From the NCBI GenBank assembly GCA_002339725.1, contig DDKN01000001.1:173-64172 (forward strand): a stretch of 64,000 nt of DNA, written 5' to 3'. A program made the translations under genes and the position numbers. This document shows, piece after piece, positions 53,559 through 61,037 of the stretch. The notes under the pieces were generated by a model. It did no database searches, was not told the origin of the DNA, and saw nothing but the letters and a program-made list of their open reading frames with translations. The DNA comes from Thiobacillus sp. UBA2597. GTDB taxonomy: Bacteria; Pseudomonadota; Gammaproteobacteria; Burkholderiales; Thiobacillaceae. Each line of letters begins with the position of its first letter. Positions within the stretch are counted from its first letter, which is position 1.

Positions 53559-54555
53559 ACAACGCATCTTGCTGGCCCACGGCAACGGCGGCCGCTTCAT
53601 GCGCGAACTGGTCGCCGAGCTCTTCGCCCGCCACCTGGCCAACCCCCTGCTCGACACCGACGCCGACGCCGTGCCGCTGCCAAGTCTTTCAGGCCAGCTC
53701 ATGCTCACCACCGACGGCTTCACCGTGCAGCCGCTGGAGTTCCCCGGCGGCAACCTCGGCAGCCTGGCCGTGCACGGCGTGATCAACGACCTGGCCGTAG
53801 CCGGCGCCGCGCCGCGCTTCCTCACCCTCTCCGCCCTGATCGAGGAAGGCCTGGAGGTCGCCCAGCTCGACCGTCTGATTGCCAGCTTCGCCCAGGCCGC
53901 CCAAGCCAACGGTGCGGCGGTGGCGGCCGGCGACACCAAGGTGGTGCCGCGCGGCCAGGGCGGCGGCCTCTATCTCAACGTCGCTGGCATCGGTGAAAAA
54001 CAGGCCACTGCCACGCTCGGGCTCAAGCAGATCCGGCCGGGCGACGCCGTGCTGGTCTCCGGCCCGGTCGGCGACCACGGCGTCGCCGTGCTGCTGGCGC
54101 GCGAACAGTTCGGCCTCTCCGGCGAGTTGCGTTCCGACTCCGCCTCGGTGCTGCCCCTGGCCCAGGCCATCTGGCACCTGCCCGGCCTCAGGTTCATGCG
54201 CGACCCCACGCGCGGCGGCCTCGCCACCGTCGCCCACGAGATCGCCCAGGCCACCGGCCACAGCGTCGCCCTGCAACAAGCCGCCGTGCCCGTGCGCGGC
54301 GCGGTGCAATCGGTGTGCGACATGCTCGGCTACGACCCCTACTACCTCGCCTGCGAAGGCCGCATCGTCGCCATCGCCGAGGCCGCCACGGCGGAACAAA
54401 TACTGACCGCCTGGCGCGCCCTGCCGGGCGGCGCGGACGCCGCGATCATCGGCCGCATCGAGGCCGGCGGCGGGCGGGTGCTGCTGGAGACGGAACTGGG
54501 GGGACGGCGGGTGCTGCCGGAGTTGGAGGATGATCCGTTGCCGAGGATTTGTTGA
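53551..54555 (+). CDS. hypE: Hydrogenase expression/formation protein HypE
   Basis: AIR-synthase-like fold sequence ending in the diagnostic C-terminal PRIC. 8-nt overlap with hypF. Confidence 0.92.
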   Translation: MDEQRILLAHGNGGRFMRELVAELFARHLANPLLDTDADAVPLPSLSGQLMLTTDGFTVQPLEFPGGNLGSLAVHGVINDLAVAGAAPRFLTLSALIEEGLEVAQLDRLIASFAQAAQANGAAVAAGDTKVVPRGQGGGLYLNVAGIGEKQATATLGLKQIRPGDAVLVSGPVGDHGVAVLLAREQFGLSGELRSDSASVLPLAQAIWHLPGLRFMRDPTRGGLATVAHEIAQATGHSVALQQAAVPVRGAVQSVCDMLGYDPYYLACEGRIVAIAEAATAEQILTAWRALPGGADAAIIGRIEAGGGRVLLETELGGRRVLPELEDDPLPRIC

Positions 54556-54619
54556 TAGATTTAGTCATTCGAGCAGAAGCAACGCAACAAACCAATACAA
54601 ACAGATTTCAGGGATAAAA

Positions 54620-55291
54620 ATGAAAGGACACATCACTTCATACGTCGAAGAAAAGCAATATGGGTTTATCAAGGGTGAAAATGGAAAAGATTACTTCTTC
54701 CACAAAAATGACGTCGTCGACCAAAATGAGATTTTGGATGGCCTCAATGTCATCTTTGATCCAATCCCTACTCGCAAAGGATTAGCTGCCAAATCCGTTC
54801 AGTTGGGTTTGGCGAATATTCCCATCTACCTTGATCCAGATAGATTTGTCTTCACCAGCGAATCCAGCATTAATGGGCATGAAATTCTTTTCATAACCAC
54901 CTATTCAATCGAGGATAAGGACCCAAACATTGCCAAACTAGCGCTCAGGGAACGGGCACTTTTATATGGCCTTAATGGCGTAGTTGGAGTCCACCTAGAA
55001 AAGAGAACCGCTATGTCAGGGAATTACCGCTACACGGTTCACAGGTTTACAGGAGGGCTTTGTCTAATTAAAAAAATCGCCTACACCATGGATCAGGATG
55101 AAGCTCGGCAAAACGCTCTGGAAGTACAAGATGAGTTGCAGAAGATTCGTCCACGGATTTTTGCCATACACGAACAAGAAAAATTTTTTCTCTTGAGATG
55201 GCTATCAGATTTTTGGACGTATCTAAAAATCACCATAAGTATGAAAATGACCGCCCTGGAAGCCGCTATCCGTTCATGGATGAACCGCTGA
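54620..55291 (+). CDS. Cold-shock-domain fusion protein (CSD + possible YbjQ/DUF74-like domain + hydrophobic C-terminal helix)
   Basis: N-terminus GHITSYVEEKQYGFIKGENGKDYFFHKNDV is CSD-like, with YGFI and YFFH matching RNP1/RNP2. The middle region GHEILFITTY...LYGLNGVVGVHLE is weakly YbjQ-like. The gene and its flanks are conspicuously AT-rich. Confidence 0.6.
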   Translation: MKGHITSYVEEKQYGFIKGENGKDYFFHKNDVVDQNEILDGLNVIFDPIPTRKGLAAKSVQLGLANIPIYLDPDRFVFTSESSINGHEILFITTYSIEDKDPNIAKLALRERALLYGLNGVVGVHLEKRTAMSGNYRYTVHRFTGGLCLIKKIAYTMDQDEARQNALEVQDELQKIRPRIFAIHEQEKFFLLRWLSDFWTYLKITISMKMTALEAAIRSWMNR

Positions 55292-55373
55292 AGAACTCAG
55301 GCGCAATAGGTAAAGCCGTATCGCGCCATATAGCTTAACCCATCTGGCACAATGCCCTTCGTTTATTGCGCCC

Positions 55374-56183
55374 CTACTTCCCCGCCTTTGCCGCCAGCGC
55401 ATTCAACACCTTGGCAGCGGCGAGCATGCCGAAGACCGAGGTGACGCAGGCCGAGGAGCCGAAGCCGGCGCAGTTGAGGCCGTGGACGTGGGCGTCTTCC
55501 GGCTTCTCATAACAGACGCCGCCCTCGGCGCTGGGGTAGATCAGGTTCTCGGTGGAATAGACGCAGTCGACGCCGAACTTCTTTTTCGGCTCGCGGGGAA
55601 AGCCGTGTTCCTTGCGCAGCTTGCTGCGCACCTTCGAGAGCAGCGGGTCCTGGCGGGTGCGCGCGAGGTCGTCGATCTGGATGCGGCTGGGGTCGACTTG
55701 GCCGCCGGCGCCGCCGACGCAGACCAGTTTCAATTTATTGCGCCTGCAGTGGACGATGAGGGCCACCTTGGCCCGGGCGCTGTCGATGGCGTCGACGATG
55801 TAGTCGTAGCGCGCGTGCAGCAGCTCAGCCACGTTGTCCTCGGTCAGGAATTCCTCGATCAGATTGACTTTGCAGCGCGGGTTGATGGCGGCGATGCGCG
55901 CGCGCATGGCCTCGACCTTGGCCTTGCCCAGTTCCGGGGTGAGGGCGTGGACCTGGCGGTTGATGTTGGATTCGGCGACGTGGTCGGGGTCGATCAGGGT
56001 CAATTCGCCGATGGCGGTACGCGCCAGGGCCTCGGCCACCCAGGAGCCGACGCCGCCGATGCCGATGACGCAGACATGGGAGCGCTGGAAGCGTTCGAAG
56101 GCGGCCGGGCCATAGAGCCGGCGCACGCCGCCGAAGCGGCGCTCGAAGTCGATGGCGTGCTCGGCCTCGAACAGGTCGCTCAC
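55374..56183 (-). CDS. tcdA: tRNA threonylcarbamoyladenosine dehydratase (TcdA/CsdL)
   Basis: FERRFGGVRRLYG...VCVIGIGGVGSWVAEALARTAIG.LTLID.D.V..SNINRQ is typical of TcdA. The GTG start at 56183 overlaps the upstream stop (GTGA). I reject the 109-aa Arg/Pro-rich N-terminal extension in the ORF track. Confidence 0.85.
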   Translation of the reverse strand: MSDLFEAEHAIDFERRFGGVRRLYGPAAFERFQRSHVCVIGIGGVGSWVAEALARTAIGELTLIDPDHVAESNINRQVHALTPELGKAKVEAMRARIAAINPRCKVNLIEEFLTEDNVAELLHARYDYIVDAIDSARAKVALIVHCRRNKLKLVCVGGAGGQVDPSRIQIDDLARTRQDPLLSKVRSKLRKEHGFPREPKKKFGVDCVYSTENLIYPSAEGGVCYEKPEDAHVHGLNCAGFGSSACVTSVFGMLAAAKVLNALAAKAGK

Positions 56184-56461
56184 TGGTCGGCGATCTTCTG
56201 CGCTTCGGGGTCGAACTCGGCCTTCACCGCTTCGAGGGCGTCGCGCAGGGTTTCTTCGGTGAGGGTGTTGAGGTTTTCCGCCAGCACCTCGGCGGCGTCG
56301 ATGGTGTCCTGGTCGTCGGGCAGGGTCGCGCTGTCGAGGTTGGCCACCAGCACGGCGGCGGCGCCCACCACTTGCAGCAGCTTCTGGCGTTCGGCCATGA
56401 GCAGCTCGATCTCCTCCCGGAGCAGGGTGACTTCCTCGTCGTTCATGGCGCGGTGGGGCAT
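56180..56461 (-). CDS. Small acidic hypothetical protein (88-93 aa)
   Basis: MPHRAMNDEEVTLLREEIELLMAERQKLLQ..., helical and acidic. Translationally coupled to tcdA. Only the C-terminal part of the 379-aa ORF looks coding. Confidence 0.5.
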   Translation of the reverse strand: MPHRAMNDEEVTLLREEIELLMAERQKLLQVVGAAAVLVANLDSATLPDDQDTIDAAEVLAENLNTLTEETLRDALEAVKAEFDPEAQKIADQ

Positions 56462-56533
56462 GGCGGCTTCCTTCGATTCGCGGGGGATGAGCGTGGGATA
56501 ATAGGCGCACTGCCAGCTGCCCGCAAACCCGCC

Positions 56534-57361
56534 ATGTCGCTCTCGCCCTACGTCTTCGATGCCAGCCGCGCCAATTTCGACGAGCTGGTGCTGGGCAATT
56601 CGCACAAGGGCCTGGTGCTGGTGCACTTCTGGACGCCCAAGGCCGGCCCCTGCCTGGTGCTGATGCCGCGCCTGGTACAACTGGCCAGCGACTATGGCGG
56701 CCGCTTCCTCTTGGTGATGGCCAACACCGACGAGATCGGCGGCATCGCCCGCGCGCACGGGGTGACCAGCGTGCCGACGGTGAAGTTCTTCCTCAAGGGC
56801 GAGGTGGTGCACACCATCCACGGCGCCGAGCCCGACAGCACCTTCCGTGCCGCGCTCGCCCGCTTCGTCGCCCTCGACAGCAACCCCTTGCGTCAGCAGG
56901 CGCTCAAGGCCCACCAGGAAGGCCGGCTCGACGAGGCCATCGCCCTGCTCGCCCGCGCCGCAGTGGATGAGCCGGACGATTTGTCGATCAGCGCCGACCT
57001 GGCCAAGCTGCTCTTGCTCTCGGGGCAGGCGACCCAGGCCCTGAGCCTGCTCGCCGCCCTGCCGGGCGAGGCGCGGCGCGACGGCCGCATCGCGCCCCTG
57101 CTCGTGCATCTGGAATTGATCGACGCCGCCGAAACGACGCCGGATGCGTCCGATCCCAATGCCGTCCGCCTGCACGAGGCCGCCCGTGCCCTGGTGCAAG
57201 ACCGCATGGAGGCCGCGCTCGATCTTTTGCTCGGCCTGGCGCAGGACGCGCCTGACTTCCGCGACGACATCGGCCGCCGCGCCCTGATCACCCTGTTCCA
57301 TATGCTCGGGCCGGAACACGAGCTGACCCGGCGCTATCGGGCCAAACTCGCCGGCCGTTGA
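56534..57361 (+). CDS. Thioredoxin-domain/TPR co-chaperone (YbbN/CnoX-like)
   Basis: Thioredoxin fold with a single-Cys KAGPC motif (VLVHFWTPKAGPCLVLMP), then TPR-like helical repeats. Confidence 0.8.
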   Translation: MSLSPYVFDASRANFDELVLGNSHKGLVLVHFWTPKAGPCLVLMPRLVQLASDYGGRFLLVMANTDEIGGIARAHGVTSVPTVKFFLKGEVVHTIHGAEPDSTFRAALARFVALDSNPLRQQALKAHQEGRLDEAIALLARAAVDEPDDLSISADLAKLLLLSGQATQALSLLAALPGEARRDGRIAPLLVHLELIDAAETTPDASDPNAVRLHEAARALVQDRMEAALDLLLGLAQDAPDFRDDIGRRALITLFHMLGPEHELTRRYRAKLAGR

Positions 57362-58149
57362 ACACCCCCACCTGGACCCCCGCCTTCGACACCCTGCCTC
57401 TGTGCGGCAGCGTGGCTCATTGGGCCGGGCAGTTCCGCGATGAACGCGACTGGCCGAGCGCCGCCCGGCTCAACGCGCTGGCCGAGGCGCAGGACCTGCG
57501 CAACGCCGCCGGCCGCGCCGTGCGCTTTGCCGAGCAGAGCGCCGCCTGCGGCCAGCGCGACTACGAACAGCAGATCCTCGACAGCGGCCAGGTGCCCACG
57601 CGGCCGGCCAGCGCCCACGACTTCTTCAACGCCCTGATCTGGCTGACCTTCCCCCAGACCAAGGCCGCGCTTAACGCCGTGCAGTGCCGCGAGCTGGCCG
57701 TGGCGCCCAAGGGCCGGCGCAGCCCGGTCTCGGACGCCGCCACCCTGTTCGACGAAAGCGGCCTGGTGCTGGTGGCGCGCGACGCCGTGCTGGCCGGGCT
57801 GTTGCGGGCCCGGCAGTGGAAGGCGGCGTTCTGGCAGCAGCGGGAGAAATGGAGCGACGCGCGGTTTTATGTGATCGGCCACGCCGTGTTGGAGAAAGCC
57901 CTGGCACCCTACCCCGGCATGACCGGCAAGTGCCTGTTCCTGCGAGTGGATGAACTGCCCGAGGCCGGCCCGCCGCCGGCCTGGCTCGATGCCGCCATCG
58001 CCCGGGCCTGGCAGGCCGGCGCGGTGCAGAAGCCGGCCGATCTTTTCGTGATGCCGGTGCTGGGCGTGCCGGGTTTCGATGCGGCGAACCAGACGGCCGC
58101 GTATTACGACAACGCCGAGGTGTTTCGGCCGGCGCGCAACACGGGTTAG
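57358..58149 (+). CDS. DUF3025 domain-containing protein
   Basis: DYEQQILDSGQVPTRP...HDFFNALIWLTFPQTKAALN is typical of DUF3025. The TTG start overlaps the upstream stop (TTGA). Confidence 0.65.
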   Translation: MNTPTWTPAFDTLPLCGSVAHWAGQFRDERDWPSAARLNALAEAQDLRNAAGRAVRFAEQSAACGQRDYEQQILDSGQVPTRPASAHDFFNALIWLTFPQTKAALNAVQCRELAVAPKGRRSPVSDAATLFDESGLVLVARDAVLAGLLRARQWKAAFWQQREKWSDARFYVIGHAVLEKALAPYPGMTGKCLFLRVDELPEAGPPPAWLDAAIARAWQAGAVQKPADLFVMPVLGVPGFDAANQTAAYYDNAEVFRPARNTG

Positions 58150-58802
58150 GTCAGCACCTCGCCGCAGAAACGCTCGAATTCCGCCCGGCCGACTTTGCCG
58201 TCGAGGGTGAAATCGGCCAGCGGCCGGCCGAAGACCTTGAGCGAAATCCAGCGGAACAGATAGCGCATTTCGTCGAAGAAGAAATAGGGGTGATAGTCGC
58301 TCGATATGGCCAGGCGTCCGGCCGGCACGGCGCCGCGCGCGCGCAGGCGCGCCTCCAGCGGCTCGAACAGCATCTCGAGCTCGAACACCTCAAGCGGCGG
58401 GCCGCAGAAGGTGGCGAAGCTGGCCACGCGCCGGCCGGTCAGCCCCGTCACCGTGTCCAGCCAACGTGCCACCGGATAGGCCAGATAGAGCCACTTGGGC
58501 GTGCCCAGCAGCACCCGGTCGAAGCCGCTCACATCGGGCACGGCGAGCGGCCGAATGGCCTGCTGCGGCTGGTAATACAGGCGATGCCAGAGGCGGCGGA
58601 AACGCGCGCTCGCAAGATAAAACGGCAGCAGAGGCAGCAATGGCAGCAAAGGAATGGGCAGCAGCCATTTGTTCCAGTCGCGCACGGTCCGGATGCGCTC
58701 GATCTCGACCGAGTGGCCGCGTTGCCGCGCCTTGGCGGCCAGGGCCTCGGCCAGCCGGGCGGTGTGGCCGGTGCGGGAATAATGGACGACGAGGATCCGC
58801 AT
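58146..58802 (-). CDS. Flavodoxin-like fold protein with a hydrophobic insertion
   Basis: ILVVHYSRTGHTARLAEAL at the N-terminus, with an internal LLPIPLLPLLPLLPF segment encoded by a 9-bp tandem repeat. Confidence 0.6.
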   Translation of the reverse strand: MRILVVHYSRTGHTARLAEALAAKARQRGHSVEIERIRTVRDWNKWLLPIPLLPLLPLLPFYLASARFRRLWHRLYYQPQQAIRPLAVPDVSGFDRVLLGTPKWLYLAYPVARWLDTVTGLTGRRVASFATFCGPPLEVFELEMLFEPLEARLRARGAVPAGRLAISSDYHPYFFFDEMRYLFRWISLKVFGRPLADFTLDGKVGRAEFERFCGEVLT

Positions 58803-58821
58803 GCGGGGACGGGCCGGGCGC

Positions 58822-59679
58822 TCAGTCGCCGGTCATCGTCGCCTTCTTGCGCACCAGGCGGCCGTCGCGATAGTCCTGCATGGCCTGTTCGATCTGCTCG
58901 CGGCTGTTCATCACGAAGGGGCCGTATTGCACGATGGGCTCCTTGAGCGGCCGGCCGGCGACCAGGATGAAACGCGCCCCCGCGCCGTCTGCCGTCAGTT
59001 CGACGCCGTCGCCCGCGCCGAGCACGGCCAGGCCGTGCCGGGGCAGAGCGGTGCCGGCCACGCGGGCGCTGCCTTCGAAGACATAGACGAAGGCGGTGGC
59101 GGCCGCATCGAGCGCATGATCGAATCGGTGGCCGGCATCGAGTGCGACATCGAGATAGAGCAGCCGGGTGTGCGGGTCGTCGATCGGGCCGCGCCGGCCG
59201 CCGTAGTCGCCAGCCAGCAGGCGCACCCGCACGCCCTCGCCCGCCAGTTCGGGAATCGCCTCGGGCGAAAACTCCTGATAGGCGGGGTCGCTCATCTTCT
59301 CGCTGGCGGGCAGGTTCACCCACAACTGGAAGCCGCGCATCAGGCCGTTGCTCTGCTGCGGCATCTCGGAATGGATGACGCCGCTGGCCGCCTTCATCCA
59401 TTGCGCCCCGCCGGCACGCAGATCGCCCCGGTTGCCCATGCTGTCCTGGTGCAGCATGTGGCCGTCGAGCATGTAGGTCAGGGTGACGAAGCCGCGGTGC
59501 GGATGATCGGGAAAGCCGGCGATGTAGTCGTTCGGGTCGTCGCTGGAGAAATGGTCCAGCATCAGGAAGGGGTCGAGCTGGCGCCGCGCCGGGGTGCCGA
59601 TGGTGCGGTGCACGGTGACGCCCGCCCCCTCGGACACCGGCAGGGCCTGGATGAACTGGGCGACCTGGCGCGCGCTCAC
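58822..59679 (-). CDS. Pirin family protein
   Basis: GFPDHPHRGFVTLTYMLDGHMLHQDSMGN. GTG start immediately after, and sharing one base with, the upstream TAG. Confidence 0.85.
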   Translation of the reverse strand: MSARQVAQFIQALPVSEGAGVTVHRTIGTPARRQLDPFLMLDHFSSDDPNDYIAGFPDHPHRGFVTLTYMLDGHMLHQDSMGNRGDLRAGGAQWMKAASGVIHSEMPQQSNGLMRGFQLWVNLPASEKMSDPAYQEFSPEAIPELAGEGVRVRLLAGDYGGRRGPIDDPHTRLLYLDVALDAGHRFDHALDAAATAFVYVFEGSARVAGTALPRHGLAVLGAGDGVELTADGAGARFILVAGRPLKEPIVQYGPFVMNSREQIEQAMQDYRDGRLVRKKATMTGD

Positions 59680-60032
59680 TACGGCGCCCGCCCTTCCAGC
59701 CAGTCGAGGGCAATGCCCGGCTCGTCGAACACCCGGATCTCGGCATCGGTGAACAGGCTGTTGAGCCAGGCGATCCAGACCATCCACTCATCGCCGGTGA
59801 CCACGGCGATCTTGCGGAAGTCGTAGCGGTGCTTGAGCGAGAAGCGGATCTCCTCCCACGCCACGTCCAGGGTGTAGCTCACCATGTCGCGCAGGTCGAG
59901 CAGCAGATAGACGCCGCCCTGGAACTCGATGTTGTGCAGCACCTGTTGCTCGAAGTCCTTGTAATCGGCCAGGGTGAATTCGCCCATGACCGAGACGCTG
60001 ATCAGGTTGTCCTTGGCATTGATGGCAATCAT
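59679..60032 (-). CDS. STAS/SpoIIAA-like (DUF3478-type) protein
   Basis: 117 aa. MIAINAKDNLISVSVMGEFTLADYKDFEQ...KIAVVTGDEWM. ATGA overlap with the EamA gene. Confidence 0.6.
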   Translation of the reverse strand: MIAINAKDNLISVSVMGEFTLADYKDFEQQVLHNIEFQGGVYLLLDLRDMVSYTLDVAWEEIRFSLKHRYDFRKIAVVTGDEWMVWIAWLNSLFTDAEIRVFDEPGIALDWLEGRAP

Positions 60033-60892
60033 GTCGTTTTCCTTTTTTCGTTCAGCCACACCGCCCACAGCCCGGCACCCACGGTGAGCGCGATGCCGGA
60101 CCAGGCCAGCAGCGGCAGCCTGTCGTTCCATATTAATACATCGAGCAGCGCGCCGAAGACCACGGTGCTGAAGGCGAAGCTCGCCACCACCACGGTCTGG
60201 CCCCGCTTGTAGGCGCGGGTCATGCCGAACTGGCCGACGGTGGCGAAGAAGCCCACGGCCAGGAGCAGGGGCAGCGTCTGCGGGCCGACCGGGCTCCACT
60301 GCCCATGCCCCACGAACAGGGCGGCACCCACGGTGCACACCACGGTGAACCAGAACACGGTGCGCCATTCCGGCTCCTGCAGGCGGCCCAGTTGCCGGAC
60401 CTGGACATAGGCCCAGGCGGCGAACAGGCCCGAGGCCAGCCCGGCCAGACCGGCCAACACATCGCCGCCCGCCTGCCAGGGGCGCAGCAGAAGCACCACA
60501 CCGACGAAGCCGAGCAACACGCAAAGGTACTGCAGCAGGCTCGGCCGCTCCTTGAGCGCCAGCGGCATGGCCAGGGCCAGGAACAGGGGCGAGGTGTAGT
60601 TGAGGGTGATCGCCGCCGCCAGCGGCAGGCGGGTGAGGCTGTAGAAGAACAGCATCAGCGCGATGAAGCCGACCACGCCCCGACTCAGATGCTTGAGGAA
60701 ATGCGCACCGAACAGGTGTTGCCGCGCCTCGCGCCCGTGCCACCAGAGCACGGCGCTGGAGATGACCACCAGGCCGAACAGGGAGCGGTAGAACACCAGC
60801 TCCTCGCTGCTGAACCACTGCGCCGCCAGCTTGACGAACACGCCCATGGTGGCGAAGCTGGCGCCGGCGACCAGCATCCAGGCGGATTTCAC
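60029..60892 (-). CDS. EamA/DMT-family transporter
   Basis: 287 aa, about 10 TM helices, duplicated EamA-like halves. Confidence 0.8.
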   Translation of the reverse strand: MKSAWMLVAGASFATMGVFVKLAAQWFSSEELVFYRSLFGLVVISSAVLWWHGREARQHLFGAHFLKHLSRGVVGFIALMLFFYSLTRLPLAAAITLNYTSPLFLALAMPLALKERPSLLQYLCVLLGFVGVVLLLRPWQAGGDVLAGLAGLASGLFAAWAYVQVRQLGRLQEPEWRTVFWFTVVCTVGAALFVGHGQWSPVGPQTLPLLLAVGFFATVGQFGMTRAYKRGQTVVVASFAFSTVVFGALLDVLIWNDRLPLLAWSGIALTVGAGLWAVWLNEKRKTT

Positions 60893-60904
60893 GAAAAGAC
60901 CTTC

Positions 60905-61031
60905 AACCGCAAAGGGCGCAAAGCACGCAAAGACATTTTGGGTTTGGCACGACCCGCGGGAAGAGATAAGCCGGGTAGAGATTCGACCCCTCCATCTCTT
61001 TTTGCCTCGTATCCTTCGCGCCCTTTGTGGT
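60905..61031. repeat. Degenerate inverted-repeat element of the AACCGCAAAGG(G)CGCAAAG family
   Basis: Left arm AACCGCAAAGGGCGCAAAGCACGCAAAGA and right arm CCTTCGCGCCCTTTGTGGT (about 15/18 complementary over the core). Fills the rmuC-EamA intergenic region. Confidence 0.55.
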
Positions 61032-61037
61032 GAATGC

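Noticed and set aside
54556-55373. AT-rich islet considered as an insertion sequence or integrative element
   Set aside because: There is no transposase or integrase, no clear terminal inverted or direct repeats at the boundaries, and no tRNA target. I report it only as a compositionally foreign single gene.
55374-56510. Full 378-aa ORF as the TcdA protein
   Set aside because: The first 109 residues are Arg/Pro/Gly-rich with no similarity to TcdA, and they overlap the small acidic ORF in another frame. The GTG at 56183 gives a normal-length TcdA.
58529-59791. 420-aa minus-strand ORF overlapping the pirin and flavodoxin-like genes
   Set aside because: This is an alternative frame with Arg/Pro/Gly-rich low-complexity translation. 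The pirin frame carries the diagnostic HPHRGF motif.
60945-60959. TGGCACG...GCGG resembling a sigma-54 -24/-12 promoter
   Set aside because: The -12 position has GCGG instead of TTGC. The site lies inside a repeat element, and no enhancer-binding protein is nearby.
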